Source of the DNA: an uncultured Chloroflexia bacterium
GTDB taxonomy: Bacteria; Chloroflexota; Anaerolineae; CG2-30-64-16
NCBI GenBank assembly: GCA_963774265.1
Contig: CAVZDU010000001.1
Location: forward strand, 1,088,001-1,152,000
Reading direction: 5' to 3'
Length of the DNA stretch: 64,000 nucleotides
Positions 51,085 through 64,000 of the stretch are shown here, one piece after another. The notes under the pieces were generated by a model. That model made no database searches and was not told where the DNA came from. It saw only the letters and a program-made list of their open reading frames with translations. Made by a program: the position numbers and the translations under genes. The first letter of the stretch is position 1, and the number at the start of each line of letters is the position of its first letter.

Positions 51085-52143
51085 ATGGGATTTCTAACCC
51101 TGACCAACATCTCCAAGACGTTCGGCAATAGCGTCGCGGTGCACGATTTCAACCTCGATGTCGAGCGGGGCGAGTTCGTCTCCTTCCTGGGACCGAGCGG
51201 CTGCGGCAAGACGACCACGCTGCGGATGATCGCCGGTTTCGAGTCGCCGACCACCGGGACCATCGTCGTCAATGGCGCAGACATCACCTACCGGCCGCCC
51301 AACCAGCGCAATGTGGGCATGGTTTTTCAATCTTATGCACTCTTCCCCAACATGACGGTGGCCGGCAACATCGGTTTCGGGCTCAAGATCGCGCAAGACG
51401 CCCCAGGCCGAGATCGACCGCACCGTGGCCGAGATGCTGGACGTGATCCACCTGCCCGAGATGGGCAACCGCTATCCCCTATCAGCTGTCGGGCGGCCAG
51501 CAGCAGCGCGTGGCCCTGGCGCGCGCGCTGGCGATCCATCCGCAGGTGTTGCTGCTCGACGAGCCGCTCTCGGCATTGGACGCCAAGATCCGGGTCGAGC
51601 TGCGAACAGAGATCCGCCGCATCCAGCAGGCAGCTGGGCATCACCACCATCTACGTCACGCACGACCAGGAGGAGGCGCTTTCGCTGTCCGATCGCATCG
51701 TCGTGATGAATGCGGGCCGGGTCGAGCAGGTGGGAGGGCCCTTCCAGATCTACAACTACCCCGCCACACCCTTCGTTGCATCGTTCGTGGGCACGCTGAA
51801 TATCATTCAAGCGATCGTGCGCGACCCTGCGGAAGGCATCTTCGAGGTGGACCGTCAGACATTCCGCGCGGGCCGCGTGAAGGACGGCCTGGTAGCGGGT
51901 CAGGAAGTCAAGCTGGCCATCCGGCCGGAGATCATCAGCATGGACCCGGAGCCGGGGGCCAACAAGCTGAGCGGACAGGTTGAGAGCGTGGTCTTTCTCG
52001 GCTCCATCGTCCGCACGCGGCTCAATTTGGGCGCCAACAACCTCTTTTTCGACACCTTCAGTCATCCCCGGCTGGTCTTGCCTCAGGTGGGCGAGACGAT
52101 CACCGTTGGATTCCCGGCGGAGGCTTGCCTGCTCCAGGCTTAG
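51085..52143 (+). CDS. ABC ATP-binding protein (PotA-like with TOBE domain; compensating frameshifts)
   Basis: [36 protein letters not shown]. Confidence 0.88.
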   Translation: MGFLTLTNISKTFGNSVAVHDFNLDVERGEFVSFLGPSGCGKTTTLRMIAGFESPTTGTIVVNGADITYRPPNQRNVGMVFQSYALFPNMTVAGNIGFGLKIAQDAPGRDRPHRGRDAGRDPPARDGQPLSPISCRAASSSAWPWRARWRSIRRCCCSTSRSRHWTPRSGSSCEQRSAASSRQLGITTIYVTHDQEEALSLSDRIVVMNAGRVEQVGGPFQIYNYPATPFVASFVGTLNIIQAIVRDPAEGIFEVDRQTFRAGRVKDGLVAGQEVKLAIRPEIISMDPEPGANKLSGQVESVVFLGSIVRTRLNLGANNLFFDTFSHPRLVLPQVGETITVGFPAEACLLQA

Positions 52144-52229
52144 TGGCACCCAGGGGCAAATGCACTGGAACCACTTCACGCGTTACCTCGTCTGTAATTC
52201 AGCGTCAATTGAGTTGCAGGAGGGGTGCA

Positions 52230-52910
52230 ATGCGTTCACGAAGATTTGGTCTGTTTGCCTTGTTCGCCGCAGCGATCATCGTTCTCAGCTCGGGCACACC
52301 GCTTATGGCGGCCGGTTTCGCATCCGAGGCCGCCGATGAGTCGCACGCCGCGACCGTCTACACCGTACGGCAAGGCGATACGCTCAACAAAATCGCGATC
52401 CGCTTCGGCGTGACTGTCGGCGCCATCGTACGCGCTAATCCACAGATCACTAACCCTAACCGCATCTACGTCAATCAGCGGATCAACATCCCGTCCGCCG
52501 GTTCGCAGCCGCCTGCGGGCATGCAGCGGATCAATATCTACATGATCGGCCTGGAGGGTGGAACCGTGGGGTGTGGCGACCAGGTCGTCGCGGTGCGGCG
52601 CGATATCCCGAAGACGCCTGCACCACTGACGGCCGCACTGAACCTGCAGCTGGCCCAGAAGAGCCAGTACTACGGCGAGTCGGGACTGTACAACGCGCTT
52701 TACCAGTCCAACCTGCGGATTGCGAGCATCAGCCGGAACGGGACAGCGTGGACCATCCGCCTGACCGGGAGCCTGGTTCTCGGCGGCGTCTGCGACGGCC
52801 CGCGAGTCAAGGCGCAACTGGAGCAGACCGCTTTGCAATTCAGCACCGTCAAGAGCGTCCAGTACTATGTTAACGGGAAGACGCTCGAGAGCCTGATCTC
52901 CGGCAAGTAA
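52230..52910 (+). CDS. Secreted LysM + GerMN-like domain protein
   Basis: Signal peptide, YTVRQGDTL..IA..NPQITNPNRIYVNQRINIP, GGVCDGPRV..QLEQTALQF. Confidence 0.82.
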   Translation: MRSRRFGLFALFAAAIIVLSSGTPLMAAGFASEAADESHAATVYTVRQGDTLNKIAIRFGVTVGAIVRANPQITNPNRIYVNQRINIPSAGSQPPAGMQRINIYMIGLEGGTVGCGDQVVAVRRDIPKTPAPLTAALNLQLAQKSQYYGESGLYNALYQSNLRIASISRNGTAWTIRLTGSLVLGGVCDGPRVKAQLEQTALQFSTVKSVQYYVNGKTLESLISGK

Positions 52911-52935
52911 ACTGGCAGGTACTTGTCGTTCCGAT

Positions 52936-53172
52936 TTGCGTAGTCACGCGCTTCATGGCACACTGTATGCGTTATTTAGTGGAGGTTACACGCATGACAG
53001 ACAGGATCGCAGCCTAAAGAGTCTCACCCCGCTTCTCCCTTTGAGGAGAAACCACCTCGCGCGTGGTCCACGCTGCGAGGGCGATGGCGGGGCGCGCGCC
53101 TGCTGTGATCATGTCGCCCATATATTCTGAGAGCGTCTTCAACGCCACAGGCAGTCCGCTTGTGGCGTTTTT
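52936..53172 (+). promoter_or_regulatory. Promoter plus uORF-containing attenuator leader of the ABC-F gene
   Basis: TTGCGT-17-TGgCACACT; GGAGG followed by MTDRIAA* (52994-53017); several hairpins; terminator AACGCCACAGG..CTTGTGGCGTT-TTT at 53141-53172. Confidence 0.7.
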
Positions 53173-53218
53173 GGTTAACAACAGCCGGCCCGCCCCAGTG
53201 CTATACCGAGGCAAGTCT

Positions 53219-54871
53219 ATGCTTACAGTGAGAGATATCACCAAGTGGTTCGGCGACGTGAAGGTCCTGGACCGCGTCAATTTCACGCTCAACCGGGGCG
53301 AGGCCGCGGGACTGATCGGTCCCAATGGGTCGGGGAAGACAACATTGCTGCGGATCCTTACGGCACAGCTCGCGCCCGATCGCGGACACGTTGCGCTTTC
53401 GCCAGGCTCCGCGCGCATCGGGTACCTGGCCCAGGCGCTGGAGTTTGCCCCTGGCGCAACGGTCAGCGACGTGCTCGCCGCAGCAGAGGGAGAACGCGAG
53501 GCGGCAGAGGCACGGCTCGCACATCTGGCAGAAGCCGTTACTGCGGCCACTAATAGCAATCTCCCTGCTGCCATGGCTGAGTATGACCGGGCGCTGGCCG
53601 AGTTCCAGGCGCTGGGTGGCGGTGCGCGGTATGCCGATGCATCGGCCGTGTTGGCCGGGCTGGGCATGGCGGACGTGAGCCACGAGCGGCTTGTCGCCAG
53701 CCTGAGCGGCGGGCAGAAAACGCGACTCGGCCTGGCGCGCCTGCTCCTATCCGAGCCGGACCTGCTTCTGCTCGACGAGCCGACCAACCACCTCGACATC
53801 GTCGCGCTGGAGTGGCTGGAGACCTATCTCGCCAGTTACCCGGGCGCGGTGCTGATCGTCTCGCACGACCGTGCGTTTCTCGACCGGTCGATCACGCGTA
53901 TCCTGGCGCTGGATGACGTCACGCACATGTTGAAGGAGTATGCGGGTGGCTACAGCGAGTATGCACTCGCGATCGACCGTGAGCTGGACAAGCAGTGGAC
54001 CGCATACCGGGAGCAACAGGAACGCTTTCGCAAACTTGAAAGCTCCATCCGCCGGTTGAGCAACCAGGCCAAGAACATCGAAGGCGAGACGATCCACTTC
54101 TACTGGCGGCGCATCGCCAAGGATCTGGCACGGCGCGCAGTCGTGCAAAAGGAACGGCTGGAGCGGATGATTGACAGCGAAGATGCGATCGACAAGCCGG
54201 GCCAGACGTGGAAAATGAAGCTGGAGTTTCTCGACACGCCGCGCAGCGGGCAGGACGTGCTCCATGTGCAGGATCTGCGTTTTGGCTACGGCTCGCGTGT
54301 GCTGCTTGATGAAGTGAATTTACATCTGGGCTTGGGAGAGCGCGCGGTGCTGATCGGTCCGAATGGCGCGGGCAAGACAACGCTGCTCAGGCTGGTCATG
54401 GGTCAACTCCAACCATGGGCCGGCACGGTGCGGCTGGGACGGGGCGTCAAGATTGGCTATATGGCGCAGGAACAGGAGAATCTGGATCTGAAGTCTACGC
54501 CATTACAATTGATCCGGGAGGCCGCGGCGTTGGATGAGACTGAGGCGCGCTCGTTCCTGCATTACTTCCTTTTTGCAGGGGATGAGGTGTTCGTTCCCGT
54601 CGGCCGGCTGAGCTTTGGGGAGCGGAGTCGATTGAGCCTGGCGCGGCTGGCGGTGCAGGGGTGCAACTTCTTGCTGCTCGACGAGCCGGTGAATCACCTG
54701 GACATCCCCTCGCGCGAACGCTTCGAGCAAGCCATCGCGCGTTTCCGGGGGACCGTGCTCGCTGTGGTCCATGACCGCTATTTCATCGAGCGGCTGGCGA
54801 CCGCGGTGTGGGTCATGGAGGGGGAAAAGGTGCGTATGGGATGGGACGAAGGGGCGACGTCTCTCAGGTGA
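53219..54871 (+). CDS. ABC-F family ribosome-associated ATPase (possible antibiotic-resistance type)
   Basis: Two NBDs (GPNGSGKTT/LSGGQKTR/LDEPTNHLD and GPNGAGKTT/LSFGERSR/LDEPVNHLD), no TM segment, extended linker. Confidence 0.92.
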   Translation: MLTVRDITKWFGDVKVLDRVNFTLNRGEAAGLIGPNGSGKTTLLRILTAQLAPDRGHVALSPGSARIGYLAQALEFAPGATVSDVLAAAEGEREAAEARLAHLAEAVTAATNSNLPAAMAEYDRALAEFQALGGGARYADASAVLAGLGMADVSHERLVASLSGGQKTRLGLARLLLSEPDLLLLDEPTNHLDIVALEWLETYLASYPGAVLIVSHDRAFLDRSITRILALDDVTHMLKEYAGGYSEYALAIDRELDKQWTAYREQQERFRKLESSIRRLSNQAKNIEGETIHFYWRRIAKDLARRAVVQKERLERMIDSEDAIDKPGQTWKMKLEFLDTPRSGQDVLHVQDLRFGYGSRVLLDEVNLHLGLGERAVLIGPNGAGKTTLLRLVMGQLQPWAGTVRLGRGVKIGYMAQEQENLDLKSTPLQLIREAAALDETEARSFLHYFLFAGDEVFVPVGRLSFGERSRLSLARLAVQGCNFLLLDEPVNHLDIPSRERFEQAIARFRGTVLAVVHDRYFIERLATAVWVMEGEKVRMGWDEGATSLR

Positions 54872-54918
54872 GGGTCGTCCCTACTTGCAGCCCATCCTCT
54901 TTGTGGCATACTGCGCAT

Positions 54919-55810
54919 ATGTCATTCTGGCCGTTCGTCCGCGATGATCAGGCTGAGGCGCGCGTGGCCCGTCCCACCGACCGGGCCGCGCTGGCTTCGT
55001 TGCTCGCGCGCACCTGGCGACGGCATGGCAGACGCGGCGCTCGAAGATCAGGCCGAGCTCCTCTACAATGGAATCAGCACCATCTTGCCGTCGCGCGACG
55101 ATGCGCAGGGTTTCCTGGGCTTCCATCTTCGCGCACCTTCCGGCGACCCGCCGCAGATGTGGGTGGATCTGAACCTCGCCGCGGTGGAGCCGAGTGGACG
55201 CGTGGACGGTGCGTTGACGCCGCTGGTAAAGGCAGCCATGCCTGCGTTGCGACATGCAGGGGCTAACGGCATCGTGTGCCTGGCGCCGCCAGGATGGCTG
55301 CAGGAAGGCCTGGCACGGGCTGGCTTTGCCGAGGAGGACCAGGTCATCACCTATGCATACACAGACTATCTCCGGCTGCTGCCGGCGGACCAGTCCGCGA
55401 CGTTGCGAGGGGCCAACGGAGGCGATGCGGATGCAGTGCTTCAGGTCAACGCGCTGGCGTTCGGTCCGTTCTGGCAATATGACGATCCTGTGGTCCTGGG
55501 TTGGATGCTCACCGCGGATCGTGCGGTGGTGGCCGAGGCGGGCGAGGAGATTGGGGGATTTGCGATCACGACGACTGGATTGGCCGGGAGTTACGCCCAT
55601 CTGATCCGTGTCGCCACGCATCCACGCTTCCGGGGTCGTGGCATCGGCCGCCAACTCGTCATCGACTCCGTAGATTTCGCCCGCGACGTCGGTGCGCCCG
55701 GCCTTGCGCTCAACACGCAAGCCAGCAACCGGATCTCGCGCCGCCTCTACGAATCACTGGGATTCCGCCTTACAGGTCATTCGCTTGCGGTTATGGTGTA
55801 TCGGTTATAG
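54919..55810 (+). CDS. GNAT acetyltransferase (RimI-like C-domain), frameshift near 55025; probably leaderless
   Basis: LIRVATHPRFRGRGIG, LNTQASN..LYESLGF; TGgCATACT 6 nt before the ATG. Confidence 0.78.
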
Positions 55811-55919
55811 GGAGACGGACCCGTGTGGACCGATCGGTGCAGCGTAGGCGCGTTGACACACGGTGGTGGGCGTGTTACCCTTCGTAAGGGTGTGAAACAG
55901 ATGGGGTGATTTGTCATTT

Positions 55920-56480
55920 ATGGAAGCCTGGTATGCACTATACACCAAACCGAACGCTGAAGCGCAGGTCGCCAGAGCGCTGGAGGCGCGCGGGTTCAGG
56001 TTTTTCCTCCCCTTGCTCCCCCCATCTGGCCGGCAAGGCCGCATCCAACCCCTCTTTCCGGCATACCTGTTTGTGCACTGCGATCTGTCCGAGGTCACGG
56101 CGGATTCACTTCAATGGCTTCCCGGCTTGCGGCGTGTCGTGGGCTTCGCTGGTAAGCCAGCCGTCGTGCCACCCGAAGCTGTCGAGATGATGATGCAGGA
56201 ACTGGCGGAGATTGAGGCTGCGGGTGGGCTGTTGAAGCACCAATTCAAGCCCGGCGACACGGTCGTGATCGACAGCGGCCCACTGGCTGGGTTGCGGGGC
56301 GTATTCCAGGGCCCGTTGGGTCCTGCGGAGCGAGTTCATATCCTCGTCCGCTTCTTGGGCGAGACCAACAGGGCGGAGGTGCCCGTCGACGCGCTGCGCA
56401 AAGCCAGCGACGATGATTTTGGTCCCCGGCGCAGGCGCGGCACGCGTGGCCATGGCCGCCGGATCAACTACGAGTCATAG
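55920..56480 (+). CDS. NusG/RfaH-family transcription antitermination factor
   Basis: WYALYTKPNAE, PLFPAYLFV, PGLRRVVGF, KOW motif FKPGDTVVIDSGPLAGL; TTGACA-17-TACCCT promoter at 55853-55881. Confidence 0.9.
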   Translation: MEAWYALYTKPNAEAQVARALEARGFRFFLPLLPPSGRQGRIQPLFPAYLFVHCDLSEVTADSLQWLPGLRRVVGFAGKPAVVPPEAVEMMMQELAEIEAAGGLLKHQFKPGDTVVIDSGPLAGLRGVFQGPLGPAERVHILVRFLGETNRAEVPVDALRKASDDDFGPRRRRGTRGHGRRINYES

Positions 56481-56502
56481 CCCTCTCGGAGCGCGCGTTT
56501 TT

Positions 56503-57735
56503 ATGCCACAATGGCGTCGCACCCTGTACACCGTCTGGATCACGCAATTCATTGGGGTCGCCGGCTTTTCGTTCGTCATGCCCTTCATCCCCTACTACAT
56601 CCAGGAATTGGGTATTACCGACCTGGCCGAGGTCGGCATCTGGTCCGGCTTGGTCACCTCCGCACAGGCCATCAGCATGGCAATCATGGCGCCGATTTGG
56701 GGCACGCTATCCGACCGATACGGCCGGAAGCTGATGGTGCTGCGCGCATCGTTCGCCGGCGCGATCGTCTTGACGCTCATGAGTTTTGTCACAAACGTGT
56801 GGCAGTTGCTGCTCCTGCGCGCCATCCAGGGCATGCTCACGGGCACCGTTTCTGCAACGACGACGCTGGTCGCGAGCGTAGTCCCCAAAGAGCGCAGTGG
56901 CATGGCCCTGGGTTCGCTCCAAACAGCCATTTTTCTGGGCGTTTCCTTTGGGCCGTTGTTAGGCGGCTTAGCCGGCGATGCGTTTGGTTACCGGTCCAGC
57001 TTCTGGATCACGGGCGCGCTGCTGGCCATCTCCGGGTTGCTGGTGCTGATCTTCGTCCGCGAGGACTTCCACCCCGTCGCGGACCATTCAGGTTCGGCCC
57101 GGGCCGGGTTCCGCCATGCCCTGACGGTGGTGTTCGCCTCGGGTGCGCTGCTGGCGGTGCTGGGGAGCCGCATCATCCTGCGCGTCGGCACGCGAACGAT
57201 TGACCCGATCCTCCCCTTGTTCGTGCAGACGCTGTTGTCAGGCGACGGCCAGGTGGGCACGACCACAGGCGTGATTGCCGCGGCCTCCGCGTTGGGCGCA
57301 GCGGTTGGCTCACCGGTCATCGGCGGTTGGAGCGACCGCATGGGCCGGCGCAAGCTGCTGCTCGCATCGGCGGTCGCGGCGGGGCTGCTCTATATCCCCC
57401 AGGCCTTCGTGCAGGACGCACGTTGGCTGATTGTCTGGCAGTTGGCCAGCGGGTTCGCGGTCGGCGGCACGTTGTCCACACTGACCGCATTGCTGATGCA
57501 GGTGTCGCCCGCAGGACGAGAGGGGACCGTGTTCGGCCTGGATGCGAGCGCCGTCTCAGCAGCCAACGCCATCGGCCCGATAATGGGTGCGACAGTCGCC
57601 GCATCGGCTGGTTTAAGGGCGCCGTTCTTGCTCGCCTCGTCCCTCTTCGGAGTCGGCGTGCTGGCGGTGGTGATGTGGGTGCGTGAGACCCCGGCCGCAA
57701 CGGTTGACGCCCCCTCGTGGCCGCATGGAGGATAG
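56503..57735 (+). CDS. MFS transporter (DHA1 / MdtG-like)
   Basis: WGTLSDRYGRKLMVLR, GGWSDRMGRR, twelve TM helices. Confidence 0.9.
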   Translation: MPQWRRTLYTVWITQFIGVAGFSFVMPFIPYYIQELGITDLAEVGIWSGLVTSAQAISMAIMAPIWGTLSDRYGRKLMVLRASFAGAIVLTLMSFVTNVWQLLLLRAIQGMLTGTVSATTTLVASVVPKERSGMALGSLQTAIFLGVSFGPLLGGLAGDAFGYRSSFWITGALLAISGLLVLIFVREDFHPVADHSGSARAGFRHALTVVFASGALLAVLGSRIILRVGTRTIDPILPLFVQTLLSGDGQVGTTTGVIAAASALGAAVGSPVIGGWSDRMGRRKLLLASAVAAGLLYIPQAFVQDARWLIVWQLASGFAVGGTLSTLTALLMQVSPAGREGTVFGLDASAVSAANAIGPIMGATVAASAGLRAPFLLASSLFGVGVLAVVMWVRETPAATVDAPSWPHGG

Positions 57736-57844
57736 ATTTAGTCAACGAAACAGTGTAAAAACGCACACAATGAATTTGCGCTTGGGGACACGACCTGCTA
57801 TAATCCGCCCCGTCGTGATAACCTGGAGGCGCGAGCGGCGGTCG

Positions 57845-58108
57845 GTGAAAGATTTGCTGACATCTACACCTCTACTGCAATTGGGATGGATTGTGGCCCT
57901 TTCCACATTAATCCCCCTGGGTGTTGGCGTATTATTGGATCGTCGTTTCGGCACCGCCCCTCTGTTCATTCTGGTGGGTGCGCTGGTCGGGATTATCGGT
58001 AGCACAGTCATCGCGGTACGCATTACAGGTCGCACAATCGATGCATTGGGCGGCCGGCCGACACGGCCTGGCGCCGAGAACGAGCCCGTTCGTGGGAAGG
58101 AGGAGTAA
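57845..58108 (+). CDS. AtpZ/AtpI-like ATP synthase accessory protein
   Basis: GVLLDRRFGTAP motif, two TM helices, first gene of the atp operon; TGc-TATAAT at 57799-57804. Confidence 0.78.
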   Translation: MKDLLTSTPLLQLGWIVALSTLIPLGVGVLLDRRFGTAPLFILVGALVGIIGSTVIAVRITGRTIDALGGRPTRPGAENEPVRGKEE

Positions 58109-58111
58109 GCG

Positions 58112-59379
<1,268 letters not shown>

Positions 59380-59400
59380 ACGATTGAAGGGAGGGGAAGC

Positions 59401-59889
59401 TTGGAAAAGCTAGGAATTAACCTACCTTACTTCATATCGCAGCTCGTGAACTTCGGACTGATCGCTCTGTTATTGACAGTGCTGCTCTATCGTCCGATAT
59501 TGAACATGCTGCAACAGCGCAAGGACCGCATCGCACGAAGCATGGCGGATGTAGACGCCGCCCGCGAGGCTGCAGCTCGCGCCCAACTGGACTATGATCG
59601 CCGCATCGCTGAGGCGCAGCACAAAGCACAGGAAATCATCGGGCAGGCTGCCCAAGCTGGCGAGAAGGTGCGCGGCGAGATCGAAGCCGATGCGCGACGC
59701 GAGGCCGATGCAATCCGGCAGAAAGCTCACGACGAAGCCACAGCCGAGAAGGCGCGCGTCCTGTCCGAAGTTCAAAGCCAGATTGCCGGCCTGTCGATGG
59801 CTGCGACGGAGCGGGTGCTGGGCCACGCGGTGGATCAGAACACACAGCGCCAGTTGATCGATCAGTTCCTGGCAGAATTGGGCAAGTGA
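59401..59889 (+). CDS. atpF: F0F1 ATP synthase subunit b
   Basis: LGINL..QLVNF, LYRPI..L..R..RI, coiled coil. Confidence 0.94.
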   Translation: MEKLGINLPYFISQLVNFGLIALLLTVLLYRPILNMLQQRKDRIARSMADVDAAREAAARAQLDYDRRIAEAQHKAQEIIGQAAQAGEKVRGEIEADARREADAIRQKAHDEATAEKARVLSEVQSQIAGLSMAATERVLGHAVDQNTQRQLIDQFLAELGK

Positions 59890-59893
59890 CGCC

Positions 59894-60433
59894 ATGAGCA
59901 CGGGCGATCGCGCGACTAACTATGCCACCGCCTTTTACGAGGCGGCGTTCGAGCGCCTGATCGGGTCGCTGGAAGCTGTGGCGCAGGCCCTCACCAGTAA
60001 GCCCACGTTGCTTGAGCGGTTGGGGGCGACCGACACCGAGTTCGAAACGCGGAAGGGCGCGCTTGACAGCATCCTGGCCGAAGGCGTTGATCCAGCGGTG
60101 CGCAATCTGCTCTACACCCTGTTGCAGCGCGGGGATCTCCCCCTACTGGGCGATGTGATTGCGTCCCTGCGTGCACGGTTGCAGCGTGCGGAGTCGGGGC
60201 CCACCCAAGTCGAGGTCATGACTGCGATACCGTTGGCTGACGGTCAGCGCCAAACGCTGGAGACGCGGCTGGCGGAGCAATACGGCGCCAATCTGGTTTA
60301 CGAGTATAAGGTCGATCCAACGATCCTGGGCGGCATGATCGTCCGCGTGGGCGACAAGCTGATCGACGGCAGCGTGGCATCGCGACTGGCCGCCCTGAAG
60401 CAGACGCTCGGCGTCGCGACGACGGAACGATAG
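59894..60433 (+). CDS. atpH: F0F1 ATP synthase subunit delta
   Basis: YATAF, VDPTILGGMIVRVGDKLIDGSV. Confidence 0.94.
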   Translation: MSTGDRATNYATAFYEAAFERLIGSLEAVAQALTSKPTLLERLGATDTEFETRKGALDSILAEGVDPAVRNLLYTLLQRGDLPLLGDVIASLRARLQRAESGPTQVEVMTAIPLADGQRQTLETRLAEQYGANLVYEYKVDPTILGGMIVRVGDKLIDGSVASRLAALKQTLGVATTER

Positions 60434-60445
60434 GAAGGGACGCCA

Positions 60446-61966
<1,521 letters not shown>

Positions 61967-61974
61967 GCAGTGCT

Positions 61975-62844
61975 ATGCCCAGCACACGCGAAATCCGCCG
62001 CCGCATCCGCAGCGTCAAGAACATCGCCAAGGTCACCAAGGCGATGGAGACGGTGGCCGCGTCCAAGATGCGCAAGGCGCAACAGCAGGTGTTGGCGACC
62101 CGCCCCTACGCCGAGAAGTCGTGGGAGGTGCTGACCTACCTGGCCCGGCTGCGCAGCGCGGCGGCCTCGGAACAGCCCCTGCTCCAACAGCGCCCGGTCA
62201 AGAAGATCGGCCTGCTGCTGATCACCGGCGACCGCGGCCTGGCCGGCGCGTACAACAGCAACATCATCCGCAAGGCGGCCGACCAGATCACTGCGTGGGA
62301 GGGTGCGGGCGTCAACGTGACCGTGGTGACCGTCGGCCGCAAGGGCCGGGATCTGGATGCTGCGCCACGGCCCACCGCTGCGCGCGGAGTTCACCGGCCT
62401 CAGCGACCGGCCGACGAGCAACGATATCGCGCCGGTGGCCAGCGTGCTGATCGAGGATTTCATCGCGGCGACTTCGACGCGGTCTACATGGCGTTCACGA
62501 ACTTCGTCACAACACCTGCGCCAGGAGCCGCGGCTCGTGCAGCTGCTGCCCATCGTGCCGGCGCAGCCCGCTGCGCCGACTGGCGACCGACTACATCTTC
62601 GAGCCGGACCCGCAGACGATCCTGGACGAGGTGCTGCGCGGCCTGACCGAGCTGCAGATCCTGCAGGCGATCTACGAGTCCATCGCCAGCGAGCAGTCGG
62701 CCCGCATGGTCGCCATGCGCAACGCCACCGACGCGGCCAACGATCTGATCGGCGACCTGACCCTGTCCTACAACAAGGCCCGCCAGGAATCGATCACGAA
62801 AGAGCTGCTGGACATCGTGGGCGGGGCGAGCGTGCGCAGCGTAG
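61975..62844 (+). CDS. atpG: F0F1 ATP synthase subunit gamma (frameshifted)
   Basis: [55 protein letters not shown]. Confidence 0.94.
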
Positions 62845-62904
62845 TGACCAGGGCGGCCATGATCTGGACACGGATCGTCGATACTGTATCGCGAGTATGA
62901 GAAC

Positions 62905-64000
<1,096 letters not shown>

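Noticed and set aside
57773-57790. Possible Rex operator upstream of the atp operon (GTGTAAAAACGCACACAA, position approximate)
   Set aside because: Four mismatches to TTGTGAA-N4-TTCACAA; too weak to call

Overview
High-GC bacterial window, probably Chloroflexota (Anaerolineae/Caldilineae-like). This is inferred from Ala/Pro-linker lipoproteins, a YLPLI motif and several MalT-like regulators. Many conserved genes carry single-base frameshifts, most likely long-read or consensus errors. In order, the window holds: a URO-D/methyltransferase gene and a sugar ABC importer; a his operon (hisZGDCBHAFE, no hisI) behind an apparent His-codon attenuator; a ~17 kb island of two MalT-like STAND-LuxR activators and their likely targets (FtsX/HlyD export system, Ntn hydrolase, SDRs), interrupted by an ISAs1 element; an NAD-linked formate dehydrogenase-like cluster; an ABC-2 exporter; a CHAT protease next to a TolB-like membrane protein; a PotABCD-like ABC importer; an ABC-F gene with a uORF attenuator; a NusG/RfaH paralogue; and most of the atp operon. 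The best candidate for an undescribed system is the STAND-LuxR island. It has a shared palindromic box abutting the -35 of four promoters, a sensor-less MalT-like protein, and two copies of a small 'DQAALYG' domain, one soluble and one membrane-anchored. Also notable are a dispersed GATTGAA heptamer family that supplies stop and start codons at gene junctions, REP-like in-frame insertions in his enzymes, and a ~200-nt RNA bounded by a promoter and a terminator upstream of the large regulator.
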